A stretch of 64,000 nt of DNA, taken from NCBI GenBank assembly GCA_043744455.1, contig JAYTUQ010000138.1:4051-68050 (forward strand). Reading direction: 5' to 3'. Origin of the DNA: Saprospiraceae bacterium (GTDB taxonomy: Bacteria > Bacteroidota > Bacteroidia > Chitinophagales > Saprospiraceae). Numbering within the stretch: the stretch's first letter is position 1; each line of letters begins with the position of its first letter. Positions 19,666-28,984 of the stretch are shown piece by piece. Both the position numbers and the translations under genes were made by a program. The notes beneath the pieces were generated by a model that saw only the letters and a list, made by a program, of their open reading frames with translations, was not told the DNA's origin and ran no database searches.

Positions 19666-20127
19666 TTATAATCCCTTTAACTTTGCAATTGCCAAAACTA
19701 TCCAAACGAATAAAGTAATCAAAATCATAATTCCATAGAAAGATTTTAAAGTATCAGACTTCATCGCACTTTCATGTGAATTCCTCTCTTTCATTTTCTT
19801 TTCTTGCTCCTTTTCAGTTGGATCAAAATTATAAGCGTAATGATTCATCTCATATCCAATCACTTTGCCAATTCTAACATCGTCATATAAATCCCTAAAC
19901 AACCTTTCTTGCCATAGAAAATAGCCGTCAAGATACCAAAATAATACAATCGGCATGAATGCAATAGGAACGACAAATATCGGATTTCCTTTGTCTGCTG
20001 TTGCAAATCCGAGTATGATTGCAACGATACTAATACACCAACCTTTCAACTGAAAGGAATTACTACCCATTCTCGTTATCGCATTTTGAACAAATTCAAG
20101 ATGTTTTTCTTTTACTTCAATTGTCAT
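19666..20127 (-). CDS. small 3-TM membrane protein (candidate effector), 153 aa
   Basis: Hydrophobic helices WCISIVAIILGFA, IFVVPIAFMPIVLFWYLDGYF and the C-terminal FYGIMILITLFVWIVLAIA. The WYLDGYFLWQERLFRDLY motif follows TM2. The start overlaps the upstream gene by 11 nt. Confidence 0.7.
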   Translation of the reverse strand: MTIEVKEKHLEFVQNAITRMGSNSFQLKGWCISIVAIILGFATADKGNPIFVVPIAFMPIVLFWYLDGYFLWQERLFRDLYDDVRIGKVIGYEMNHYAYNFDPTEKEQEKKMKERNSHESAMKSDTLKSFYGIMILITLFVWIVLAIAKLKGL

Positions 20128-20650
20128 AATGTTGCAAATTGTTAAAATGAAATAATGTTAACCCTCCATCTGTTAGCTGAGTAGCGATTGTCGCAGCCAA
20201 TAACACCAATTTGTATTCCAGCTTTAATTTATTACTAAATTTACTCAGCGACACCGCAAGTTTTTGTATACTTTTTAAAACTTCTTTATTAGGATTTTCT
20301 GTTGCTAAAAATACCGCTTCTGATGCCTTTGAAAATACCTTTTTCATATCCGTTCTCAAATCTGCATATTTCTGAGCGTCAAATTTATTCTCTGGAAAGA
20401 TATTTTCTAATTCTGCCCACTTTTCATTTAGCTGTTTTAAAATTTCTGAGGTTAATATTAATTTAGGGCGTATTTCTTTTTTCCAACCTTTTGATTTTTT
20501 ATTATCTTCAAACCATCCAATAGAAAAATATTCAGACATAACACTACAAAATAAGGCAATGGTACTTGTAGAAGTATCATTGCTATCTAGATTCTCAATG
20601 AGCCATTTAAGCTCCTCTTTTTTCCCTATTAAGAATTTTGTTTCAGCCAA
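20117..20650 (-). CDS. hypothetical all-helical protein, 177 aa (TTG start)
   Basis: The ORF fills the gap between the TIR-like and 3-TM genes, starting 19 nt after the upstream stop and overlapping the downstream gene by 11 nt. Very AT-rich; no family recognised. Confidence 0.6.
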   Translation of the reverse strand: MAETKFLIGKKEELKWLIENLDSNDTSTSTIALFCSVMSEYFSIGWFEDNKKSKGWKKEIRPKLILTSEILKQLNEKWAELENIFPENKFDAQKYADLRTDMKKVFSKASEAVFLATENPNKEVLKSIQKLAVSLSKFSNKLKLEYKLVLLAATIATQLTDGGLTLFHFNNLQHYDN

Positions 20651-20669
20651 ATATTATCATCAAAATATT

Positions 20670-21731
20670 TTAATTAGTTAAAGATTCATAAAAGAAGAAG
20701 GCATCTTTTTTTATTAACTCTAACTTTTCAATTATTAAACCTAAACTTTTGAGCAATTTATTATCAACAGAATTCATAACTCCGAATTTTCTTGATGAAG
20801 ACTGATCATAAGTAACTGATAGAAAATCATAAAAATTTTCGATTTCGGAGTTTAAATTATTCTTTGGGTCTTCGAAACAAGATTTCAATAGCTTTACTAT
20901 TGTTAGTAATTTCTGTATTGCTATTTCTCTTTTTTCTGCATTTTTATAATCTTCTTTACATGTAATGCAAATAGGAATTATTTTTCGACAAAAAATGTAA
21001 GAATGAGGTTTATTGGGGTAAATTGGTTTTGTAATTTCCAATTCATACCAAACTTCATTGTTTGTGACTTTTCTTAAAGAATTTTCCATGCTTTGTGTTA
21101 ATGGTTGCATTTTTTCAATCATTTGAGAGATGAGTAAATCAAGATTTGAATCATGTTTGCTGTTCTCTGCTTCCTCTTTTTCTGTTACTTTATCAATATT
21201 ATTTGTTTTGGTTTTTTTTTTTGAAAGCATAGCTTTATAAGATGTCTTAACTGATTTAGCCAGTACTTTCATGTATTCATTTATATCATCATCATGAAGG
21301 CTTTCAAAAGATATGGGTTTATCCTTTTTATGTATTGCACCAGGTCCCATTGATTTTGAATATTCGCCCCAATAAGCCTGAAATAACCAAGTTTGATAAT
21401 GCGCTGGTAATTCATTTACCTCACAGGCTTCGAAAATAACGGAATGTAATGTCAATAGTTCATTATTGTCATATCGTTTTCGTAAAACGGGTAATTCATA
21501 CTTTCTGACAAATTTATCTTCGTTAATGACTACGTCTGGTGTCAAAAGAATGATTGCGATATTACATTCTGTTGCCCATCTTAAACATACTTCTGTTGGC
21601 AGTCCATCTGCTGCTATTTGGTCATGCAATGGATTACATGTGAAATGCCTTTGAAAGGCACTCACAAATTTATTAAGTAATATTTTATTCGGCGACGAAT
21701 AAGGAAAAAAGACTTTCGGTAAAGTTGTCAT
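20670..21731 (-). CDS. TIR-like domain protein with helical C-terminal extension, 353 aa
   Basis: The N-terminal ~105 aa follow the TIR_2 pattern: KVFFPYSS (betaA), CNIAIILLTPDVV (betaC), FVRKYELPVL (candidate catalytic Glu79) and LLTLHSVIFEACEV..LP (betaD). The C-terminal 240 aa are Lys/Glu/Asn-rich and helical. Confidence 0.6.
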   Translation of the reverse strand: MTTLPKVFFPYSSPNKILLNKFVSAFQRHFTCNPLHDQIAADGLPTEVCLRWATECNIAIILLTPDVVINEDKFVRKYELPVLRKRYDNNELLTLHSVIFEACEVNELPAHYQTWLFQAYWGEYSKSMGPGAIHKKDKPISFESLHDDDINEYMKVLAKSVKTSYKAMLSKKKTKTNNIDKVTEKEEAENSKHDSNLDLLISQMIEKMQPLTQSMENSLRKVTNNEVWYELEITKPIYPNKPHSYIFCRKIIPICITCKEDYKNAEKREIAIQKLLTIVKLLKSCFEDPKNNLNSEIENFYDFLSVTYDQSSSRKFGVMNSVDNKLLKSLGLIIEKLELIKKDAFFFYESLTN

Positions 21732-21799
21732 TGTTTGAATATCTTTTTGCTGTTTAACGCAATGTTTAATTCAAACCACGTCTTACTTTTTTCATTTGA

Positions 21800-21807
21800 C
21801 AAAAGTA
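21800..21807 (-). promoter_or_regulatory. candidate Bacteroidota -7 box (TACTTTTG = TAnnTTTG) for the TIR-like operon
   Basis: The minus-strand sequence TACTTTTG lies about 70 nt upstream of the ATG at 21731, within a 175-bp AT-rich spacer after the mod gene. Confidence 0.25.
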
Positions 21808-21905
21808 GGATTTTGTTTTACGAATAAAACATCTTGTATTAAATATTTTTTATTCATATTTCCTTCAATAATATGTTTTATTGTTTTAAAAATCTAATTG
21901 CCATG

Positions 21906-24173
21906 TTACCCAACCACCACCGTAAAAACCCGACTCGTATCTATCCCCAATATATCCACAATCTTAACCATGACTTTATAAGTGCCAGACTTTGGATAAG
22001 TATGAACTGTACTTGTCAACTCAATGCTTTTGTCTTTGCGGGTGCGGAAACTTTGCCATTCGTTTTCAAATATGTAATTGCCTGTCCATTGTTCTTCATC
22101 GTTTTCTAAGCGAATGATTTCTTTTTTGCTTTCGTAATCAAAGTCTATTGCCCAATAATCCACCCAATCTGTCCAGTTTTCAGTTAAGTTGCTTTGAGTG
22201 ACGTCGCCTGTGGTTTTGTCCTTTTCAACTTTGATGATTTGTCCCATATCAATGATGACTTTTGATTGTCCGCTTTTCAGATTGTCTAACACTTTGTCGA
22301 GATTGTCTTGTGTGTAATTGCTCACGAAATTCGTCAATTCGACTTTTAGGGTTAACTTCTTCTCGCTTGCATCGGGATTTTCTTGGTCAACAGTATGCAA
22401 GGCGGCATCTAAGTAGCCGACATCAAAAAACTGAACTTGTCCTTTCTCTCTAACCCGTTTATCAAAGACATCGTTGGGCACACGACGCAAACGGATGTCT
22501 AAATCGCTGCCTTGTAAATAGTAATCCAAGGTCGTTTTGATGTCCATTTCAAAATCAAAAGCCAATACATCGCAGTACGTGTAACCCAATTCGCGCATTT
22601 CATCTGCCACTTCTAATACGCGGCTTTTGGTGACGGGTACATCTAACAAACCGATATGTACCCAACGTCCTGCTTTTTTACCATGCAATGTCCGATGCCC
22701 AATCACTTGTGTGGCAGCATAAGCTTCGAGCATAAATTTGATAAAATCATCTTCGGCGTGCTGCATACTGAGGGGGTCGCCTTGTTTGCCAAAACGTTCG
22801 ATGTTCATAAAAAACTGTCGTTCGTATTTGCCCAAGTTCAAAACCTCAAAAGCACGGTAATCTTTGCCGCTTTTTTGTTGCTCACGTTGTATGGCTATCA
22901 TGCGTTTGCGCGTGGTGTGTATCGCAAAGCGTCCTAAATCGGTCGTTATCCATTTCCGGTTGAGCTTTTCGGCTACGGCGGCGGTTGTGCCACTACCACA
23001 AAAGAAGTCGGCAATTAAATCATCTTCGTTGCTGCTTGCTTTTATGATGCGTTCAAGTAAAGATTCAGGTTTTTGGGTAGGATAACTTGCAGATTCATTT
23101 GCTTGCGAATTAACTGGAAATATATCAACCCATAAGTTATCTATCATTTTCCCTTCGGAATCATCTAAATATTGTTTTTTTCTAGGATTACCACTTGATG
23201 TAAATTCTATTAGATTGTTTGACATAGCTTCATCAATTCGTTCTTGTGACCAAATCCAATGCATTCCAGATGGTGGTTGCAAAATCTTATCTCCAAAATG
23301 TCTTTCAGGACCTTTACCTTTTTGAACTAAACTCACTAATTGATATCGTTTTCCAGTTTCTCTTTCAACCTTATCAAACTTTTTTTCATAATCAGAATTT
23401 TGCTCAATAAATATAGGGTTCAAGCGAGTTTCTTTTGATTTTGTATAATAAAGAATATGGTCGGATACTGTACCATAACTAGAACTTTGAGCCTTAACAA
23501 CCCTAATTTTCTGCCAAATTATCTCATTTTGAAGTTTATCACTACCAAAAATATCATCTAATATAATTCTCAAATAACTATTCATTCTTGAATCCACATG
23601 CACATAAATAGACCCCTCAGTATGGAGCAAACTGTGCATCAATTTCAACCGTTCATACATCATAGAGAGATAAGAAGAAATGCCACGTCCCCATGTATCA
23701 CGATAAGCAATTTCCTCAATAACAGATTGTCTTTTTTCAGCTGTTTCACCTGCTATTTCAACATTAAACCCAAAATCAGAACCGACCGCAAAAGGTGGGT
23801 CAATATAAATGAGTTTCAAACCGCCTTGCTCGTCTATTTCTTTTCGCAACGGTCCATGTGCCAAAGAAGAAAGAATGAGTTTATTGTCGCCCCAAATCAG
23901 TTTGTTTGTCCAACCTTTGAGTTGTCGCCCACGTGTATCGGTTTCAAACAGCGAAAACATTTCGCCTTGTTTTGTGGCTTCCTTACGTGGTTCGTCAATA
24001 TGTTCGATGCTGTGAAAAGGAAGAACAGAGCGCGTGACTTCTTCCGAACGTCCGTTCCAAAAAAGGAAAACATCTTCATCGTCGGCGAAGAGTTTGTAGA
24101 TAAATTCTTTGGGTAGTTTTTTACCTTGTTTTATGAGGTTGATAAGGTCGTTTTTTTCAGATTCGTTGAGCAT
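21906..24173 (-). CDS. mod: beta-class N6-adenine/N4-cytosine DNA methyltransferase (Type III Mod-like) with Ig/PKD-like C-terminal tail
   Basis: Motif IV (LIYIDPPF) precedes motif I (DFFCGSGTTAAVAEKL) by about 260 aa, the beta permutation with a central TRD. The C-terminus HTYPKSGTYKVMVKIVDILGIDTSRVFTV is PKD-like. Confidence 0.85.
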   Translation of the reverse strand: MLNESEKNDLINLIKQGKKLPKEFIYKLFADDEDVFLFWNGRSEEVTRSVLPFHSIEHIDEPRKEATKQGEMFSLFETDTRGRQLKGWTNKLIWGDNKLILSSLAHGPLRKEIDEQGGLKLIYIDPPFAVGSDFGFNVEIAGETAEKRQSVIEEIAYRDTWGRGISSYLSMMYERLKLMHSLLHTEGSIYVHVDSRMNSYLRIILDDIFGSDKLQNEIIWQKIRVVKAQSSSYGTVSDHILYYTKSKETRLNPIFIEQNSDYEKKFDKVERETGKRYQLVSLVQKGKGPERHFGDKILQPPSGMHWIWSQERIDEAMSNNLIEFTSSGNPRKKQYLDDSEGKMIDNLWVDIFPVNSQANESASYPTQKPESLLERIIKASSNEDDLIADFFCGSGTTAAVAEKLNRKWITTDLGRFAIHTTRKRMIAIQREQQKSGKDYRAFEVLNLGKYERQFFMNIERFGKQGDPLSMQHAEDDFIKFMLEAYAATQVIGHRTLHGKKAGRWVHIGLLDVPVTKSRVLEVADEMRELGYTYCDVLAFDFEMDIKTTLDYYLQGSDLDIRLRRVPNDVFDKRVREKGQVQFFDVGYLDAALHTVDQENPDASEKKLTLKVELTNFVSNYTQDNLDKVLDNLKSGQSKVIIDMGQIIKVEKDKTTGDVTQSNLTENWTDWVDYWAIDFDYESKKEIIRLENDEEQWTGNYIFENEWQSFRTRKDKSIELTSTVHTYPKSGTYKVMVKIVDILGIDTSRVFTVVVG

Positions 24174-24197
24174 AATGTTTATTTTGATGGTAGAATG

Positions 24198-26876
24198 TTA
24201 TTCAAAAGTAAAAAGGTTTTCCATATCATGGAAATCCCGAATGGTGTCTGCATACTTATCCCAATCTTCTTGTTTGATGTAGAGTGTTTTATAAACAAAT
24301 TGCAGTTGCAAATTATTAACATCTTTACACCATTGCGCTAAGCGTTTGATTTTGCGCACATCGTCAAGGTCTTCCCGTCCTTTTGTTTCGACAATAAAAA
24401 TCTCTTTATCATTCTTTTTAACTAAGAAATCAGGGAAATAGGTACTGATATTGCCATTCTCTGCTTGATATTCTATTTGGAAGTTAACACCATTTGCACC
24501 AAAGGTATTTTTAGCAAAAGCTTTGATTTGAGACGAGGTATTGAGTTTTTTTGCAAAAGTGCGTTCAAAAGCAGAATCGCCAATCACTAAATTGAAAATA
24601 GTCAGTGATGACGCAAAAGAAGACTGACGACCAACAAGTTTAGGCTGAACAGTCAATAAACTTCTAAAGTCCGAAGAACGTAAATAAACATCCTTCCTTT
24701 CAACTACCGTTAAATCATCAATCGCTTTTTTGAAAATCTTTTGTAGTGCTTGTTGATTCTCTACTTTGATAATATTTCGAGCCGTATTATCATCAAGCGG
24801 TACAGTCTTACCAAAAAACTGATGTTGAATAAACGCCTGAACTTTTGGATATAGTAAATCAAAGCCTTGCATCAAACGGCTTTCACTCAACATCATTTGC
24901 GTCAAAAAGCCAATAACGTTGCGATAGTTCGGAATTTGATTATTGAAAAAAGACCGATGCGATTCTACGCCATCAATATCTACAAAAACTATTTCTCTTG
25001 AATCATCATCATGTGCATTCGTAAAATATTTACCTTTTTCAAAGGCTGTCATACTGAGGGGGTCTAAATGTTCTAAGTTTTTAAATTCACGAACAAAACG
25101 CGGCGTAATAATAGGTGTTAAAATATCCAATACCGCTAAATCTTTTTCTGTATTTTCTTTATCCAACTCGACATAAAAGCCAGAAATGGCAGAAGTACCT
25201 TTACCCATCGGACTGTACTCAAACGAAACGCCTTCTGTTTTGAGTTCTTCAACAAAATCCATAAATTTAGGTGTTCCGATGACGACTAATTTCTCTTCTT
25301 GACCAATCGGAAACATTTTTCTTAAACCACGTCCAATAGCTTGTTCGGGCAGAATTTTATTATCAGTTGAAAACATACGTAAACCGACAATCGTCGTCAC
25401 ATTTTTCACGTCCCAACCTTCACGTAACATCAAAACAGATACAACTGCCCGATAAGGCGACATATCGCTGTCAATATCATTTGCCGCTTCACGTAGCTTT
25501 TTTAGTTCTTCTTTATCTTTTTTAGAAATGCCTTCGCTGATTTCACCATTAGACTTTGTGTGAATGGTCAAAACCTTATCTTTCAACTTTGGTAATGTGT
25601 TGAGATAATCGGCAACTTTGTTAGCATCTTTTGTATCAGCCGACATGACAAACAGAACAGGTGTTTTGTGTGGCAAAAATGCTTCAAACTGTTTTTCCCA
25701 TTCTGAATAACCTAAATCTAAAAAGTCTTTGTAGCGTTCTATGAAATCATCAGAAGGTTTTTCAATCAATAACTTACGGCTTTCATCATCAGGCAAAACA
25801 GGCGTTTTAACGACACCTTGTTTAATCGCTTCAACAAGTGGATAATCACAAACTGTTTGAGGAAAAATGCCGCCTGAACTATTTTTAGGCGTCGCTGTAA
25901 AATCTGTTTGCAAAGACAAACCAAAACCATTTTCATCTTCCAAACGCTCATGAATTTCTTTAATACTTTTGAACCAAGCTAAAGAAGGGTTGTGTACATG
26001 ATGGGCTTCATCATTCAAAATAACAAGGTCTTTGATTTTACCACCCCTCAGTAATTTACCCAAATCTAAGCCTTTTGAAGTATCTGCATCGGGTTTGGGT
26101 TTAGCACCCAAATAAATTGTTTCAGGTTCATTCAGTGTTTTATCTTCGTTGAAAAATACCCGATGAATATTTGTCAAAAAAACATTTCCATGTTGTGCTA
26201 ATGTTTTCAATTCATCTTGAAAATGATAAGTAAACTGAAAATCGGTATGCCAATCACGGTCTTTAAAACCATCAATGGGAATGAAAGGCTCTTGAAACAA
26301 CATTTTCAGTTCTCCCAAATCTTTCTTCAAACGTTCTAAAACAATGATATTTGGCGCTATAATGAGAAAATTACGTGAAAGACGGCTATCAGTCTCGTAG
26401 AGTTTATGAAAATAAGCCCAAACAAGTGTCAAAGCCATTACTTTGGTTTTACCTGCACCCGTTGCCATTTTGATAACGTAACGTGTCCAATCTTCTGGGA
26501 ACATACCCGTAGATAAACGTCCGCCAGAACCATCAAAACGCATCAAATCATACTTTTCATAAGCCTGTTTTACTTCAAAAAGATAGGCAATTGTTTCTAT
26601 CGCTTCACGCTGCGAAAAGAAAAAGCGAAAATTATCAGGATGTGGTTGTTGAAACCAAAAAGTAAATAAGGCTTTTGTTGTATCACTGACACCAGAGTAG
26701 TCTTTTTCGCGCCATTCATGAACAGCCGTTCTGACTTTTGCAACAAGCGGCGGCATGAGTTTAGAGAAATCTTCAAAATCTAATTCTTTTTTGGTACTAT
26801 TAGGCACCCAACGGTCTTTGGGTGGGACGATTGTAAACGGGTTAGAAAGTGTTGCTGTTTTTTCGTTATTGGACAT
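24198..26876 (-). CDS. res: Type III restriction enzyme Res subunit (SF2 helicase + PD-(D/E)XK nuclease)
   Basis: Walker A MATGAGKTKV, DEAH box LNDEAHHV and motif VI MLREGWDV. The C-terminal YFPDFLV...IVETKG is a D...ExK endonuclease motif. The mod gene follows 24 nt downstream. Confidence 0.85.
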   Translation of the reverse strand: MSNNEKTATLSNPFTIVPPKDRWVPNSTKKELDFEDFSKLMPPLVAKVRTAVHEWREKDYSGVSDTTKALFTFWFQQPHPDNFRFFFSQREAIETIAYLFEVKQAYEKYDLMRFDGSGGRLSTGMFPEDWTRYVIKMATGAGKTKVMALTLVWAYFHKLYETDSRLSRNFLIIAPNIIVLERLKKDLGELKMLFQEPFIPIDGFKDRDWHTDFQFTYHFQDELKTLAQHGNVFLTNIHRVFFNEDKTLNEPETIYLGAKPKPDADTSKGLDLGKLLRGGKIKDLVILNDEAHHVHNPSLAWFKSIKEIHERLEDENGFGLSLQTDFTATPKNSSGGIFPQTVCDYPLVEAIKQGVVKTPVLPDDESRKLLIEKPSDDFIERYKDFLDLGYSEWEKQFEAFLPHKTPVLFVMSADTKDANKVADYLNTLPKLKDKVLTIHTKSNGEISEGISKKDKEELKKLREAANDIDSDMSPYRAVVSVLMLREGWDVKNVTTIVGLRMFSTDNKILPEQAIGRGLRKMFPIGQEEKLVVIGTPKFMDFVEELKTEGVSFEYSPMGKGTSAISGFYVELDKENTEKDLAVLDILTPIITPRFVREFKNLEHLDPLSMTAFEKGKYFTNAHDDDSREIVFVDIDGVESHRSFFNNQIPNYRNVIGFLTQMMLSESRLMQGFDLLYPKVQAFIQHQFFGKTVPLDDNTARNIIKVENQQALQKIFKKAIDDLTVVERKDVYLRSSDFRSLLTVQPKLVGRQSSFASSLTIFNLVIGDSAFERTFAKKLNTSSQIKAFAKNTFGANGVNFQIEYQAENGNISTYFPDFLVKKNDKEIFIVETKGREDLDDVRKIKRLAQWCKDVNNLQLQFVYKTLYIKQEDWDKYADTIRDFHDMENLFTFE

Positions 26877-27262
26877 TATGGTTTGGGTTTAAATTTTATG
26901 TTTTGTATAAGGCAAACATACAACAACTAATCAACAACACAATTAGATTTTACAAATAAATTTAATTGATACAGCGACGGCGAAGTTTTAAATTTTGCTG
27001 CCTACCCACCAACGGCAAAGTTTAAAACTTCGTCGTTGGTGAATACAAAAAGATTCAACGTAAAGTTGTTAAAATAAAGGAAAAATAGAACGAAAGGCTT
27101 AATAAATGGGGAAGAACAAATCTTAAAATAATATGTTTCTTATGGTATATCAAAAACAATACTTAAAAATGTTTCACTTGTGATATTTTAGTGACCTTAG
27201 GCTAAGACCTTTGTATCAAGAAATCACTCAATCTTATTTTCAAATCAAAAAATTAAAATCAC

Positions 27263-27934
27263 ATGGCTTCTTTTTTGAAATTATTCGTTTTATCCGTTTT
27301 TACAATGGCTTGTGTTTCTAAAAGTGTAAAAACACCCACAAGCGACATGTCCATGAACACCCCCTCAGTATCAGAGGAAATGGTGGGGATGGATACTTCT
27401 AAATTAGAAATTGCCACATTGGCTGGGGGCTGCTTTTGGAAAATGGATGCGGCGTATCAACAATTGCGCGGCGTAAAAAAAGTAGAGGTGGGTTATGCAG
27501 GTGGCAATGTCAAAAACCCAACTTATGAACAAGTCTGTACACGTACAACAGGACACGCCGAAACCGTCCAAGTGACTTTTGACCCTAAAATTGTAAGTTT
27601 TAGGGAAATTCTTAATGTTTTTTGGACCATTCACGACCCCACTGTGCTAAATCAAGAGGGCAATGACAAAGGAGACGACTATCGTTCTGTGGTTTTTTAC
27701 CGTTCAGAAGCGCAAAAAGCAATGGCTCAAATCGTAAAAGACAGTCTCGACAAAGTGCATTTGCATCCAAGTGCGATAGTAACGACCATAGAACCATTCA
27801 AAAACTACTATCCTGCTGAAAAATATCATCAAAATTACTACAATCAGCATCCAGATGAACCGTATACCTATAATGTGGTGCGCAAAAAGGTAGAACTTTT
27901 TGAAAAAGTGTTTGCTTCACAACTTAAAAAATAA
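27263..27934 (+). CDS. msrA: peptide-methionine (S)-S-oxide reductase, secreted form
   Basis: GGCFWKMDAAYQQLRGVKKVEVGYAGG is the MsrA active-site GCFW motif. A signal peptide is at the N-terminus. Confidence 0.9.
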   Translation: MASFLKLFVLSVFTMACVSKSVKTPTSDMSMNTPSVSEEMVGMDTSKLEIATLAGGCFWKMDAAYQQLRGVKKVEVGYAGGNVKNPTYEQVCTRTTGHAETVQVTFDPKIVSFREILNVFWTIHDPTVLNQEGNDKGDDYRSVVFYRSEAQKAMAQIVKDSLDKVHLHPSAIVTTIEPFKNYYPAEKYHQNYYNQHPDEPYTYNVVRKKVELFEKVFASQLKK

Positions 27935-27942
27935 GGAAAAGT

Positions 27943-28012
27943 GGATAATGGAAAATGAATAGCGGATAACGGATAATTTTACCCATTATCCGCTATTCAT
28001 TTTCCATTATCC
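27943..28012. terminator. perfect 27-bp-stem hairpin built from GGATAA words, between convergent msrA and hydrolase genes
   Basis: Arm 27943-27969 GGATAATGGAAAATGAATAGCGGATAA is the exact reverse complement of arm 27986-28012. The hydrolase stop codon (28007-28009) lies inside the second arm. Confidence 0.6.
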
Positions 28013-28984
28013 GTTTTCAACTATCCATTTAACGATGGTTTCGATGACCCCCTCAGTAAGTGGCAATTCAGTTTGTTGATAGACCTTTTGGGCACTTATC
28101 CTATTGGCTTCACCGTCTTTCAGCACATGCGTCATATTATTAAAATACACAAGTTTGGCTTTGGGATTGGCTTTTGACAACAATTCTGCTTCTTTGGGTG
28201 GTACTTGAATATCATTTTTGCCTGAAATGAGTAAAATGGGCAGTTTAAGTTTGGTTATTTCCACTTGTGGTGAATATTTCATAACTGAAACCATAAACTT
28301 TTCAATGGCAGGATTCGCCAAACTGCGTAATGTAGGCGGAAATGAATCTACTTTCTCACCTTTTTTCCATTTACTATACACGTCTTTGAGTTGCGGCACT
28401 AAAAACGGGGCTTGTTTACCGAGTTGCTCATATATAATTGTGTCCATGCTTTGCGCTGTGCCACATAAAGAAATCAAAGCATCGATTTTTGTCTTTTGAA
28501 CCGCTAAAAGCGCAATCAAAGAACCTTCTGAATGTCCAGCTATTATGAATTTGGTAAAACGCCGTTTCCGTTTCATGGACTTTAAAGTATCCATCCAATG
28601 GGTTGCATCATTCACAAAATCATTAAAAGTTACGTCTTCCACTTTCTGCGTCATTTTACTTTTGCCAATATGCCTTTTGTCGTATCTGAAACTGGCAATA
28701 CCTTTCGCGGCTAAACCTTCTGCTAACATTTTAAAACTATTGGTTTTTAAACCCAAAGCACTGTTGCAGTCTCTATCGGTTGGTCCTGAACCTGCAATGA
28801 TAAGCACAACGGGCATACGTTTGACACGTGTGGGCGTAATCAAAGTTCCTTCAAGCAAACCATCTTGAAGCTTTAAAGTTAAAATTTCCTCTTTATACTG
28901 AGGGGTCTGTGCAAACGTAGAAAACGTATTGAAAAAGAGTAAAAAAGTAAAAGCGAATCGAATTTCCATACTTCTAATGTTCAA
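28007..28984 (-). CDS. secreted alpha/beta hydrolase
   Basis: Signal peptide ending FSTFAQ, nucleophile elbow GHSEGS and a late His (MTHVLKDG). Its start overlaps the upstream 660 aa gene by 4 nt. Confidence 0.8.
   Translation of the reverse strand: MNIRSMEIRFAFTFLLFFNTFSTFAQTPQYKEEILTLKLQDGLLEGTLITPTRVKRMPVVLIIAGSGPTDRDCNSALGLKTNSFKMLAEGLAAKGIASFRYDKRHIGKSKMTQKVEDVTFNDFVNDATHWMDTLKSMKRKRRFTKFIIAGHSEGSLIALLAVQKTKIDALISLCGTAQSMDTIIYEQLGKQAPFLVPQLKDVYSKWKKGEKVDSFPPTLRSLANPAIEKFMVSVMKYSPQVEITKLKLPILLISGKNDIQVPPKEAELLSKANPKAKLVYFNNMTHVLKDGEANRISAQKVYQQTELPLTEGVIETIVKWIVENG

Noticed and set aside
21906-22110. The PKD/Ig-like C-terminal tail on the Mod methyltransferase as a novel fusion
   Set aside because: From memory, a similar ..HTY..G.Y.V.VKVVDI.G.DT.. 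tail is common in this family of res-linked beta-class methyltransferases. It is probably family-typical rather than new. I cannot verify this without a search, so I have noted it only in the feature evidence.
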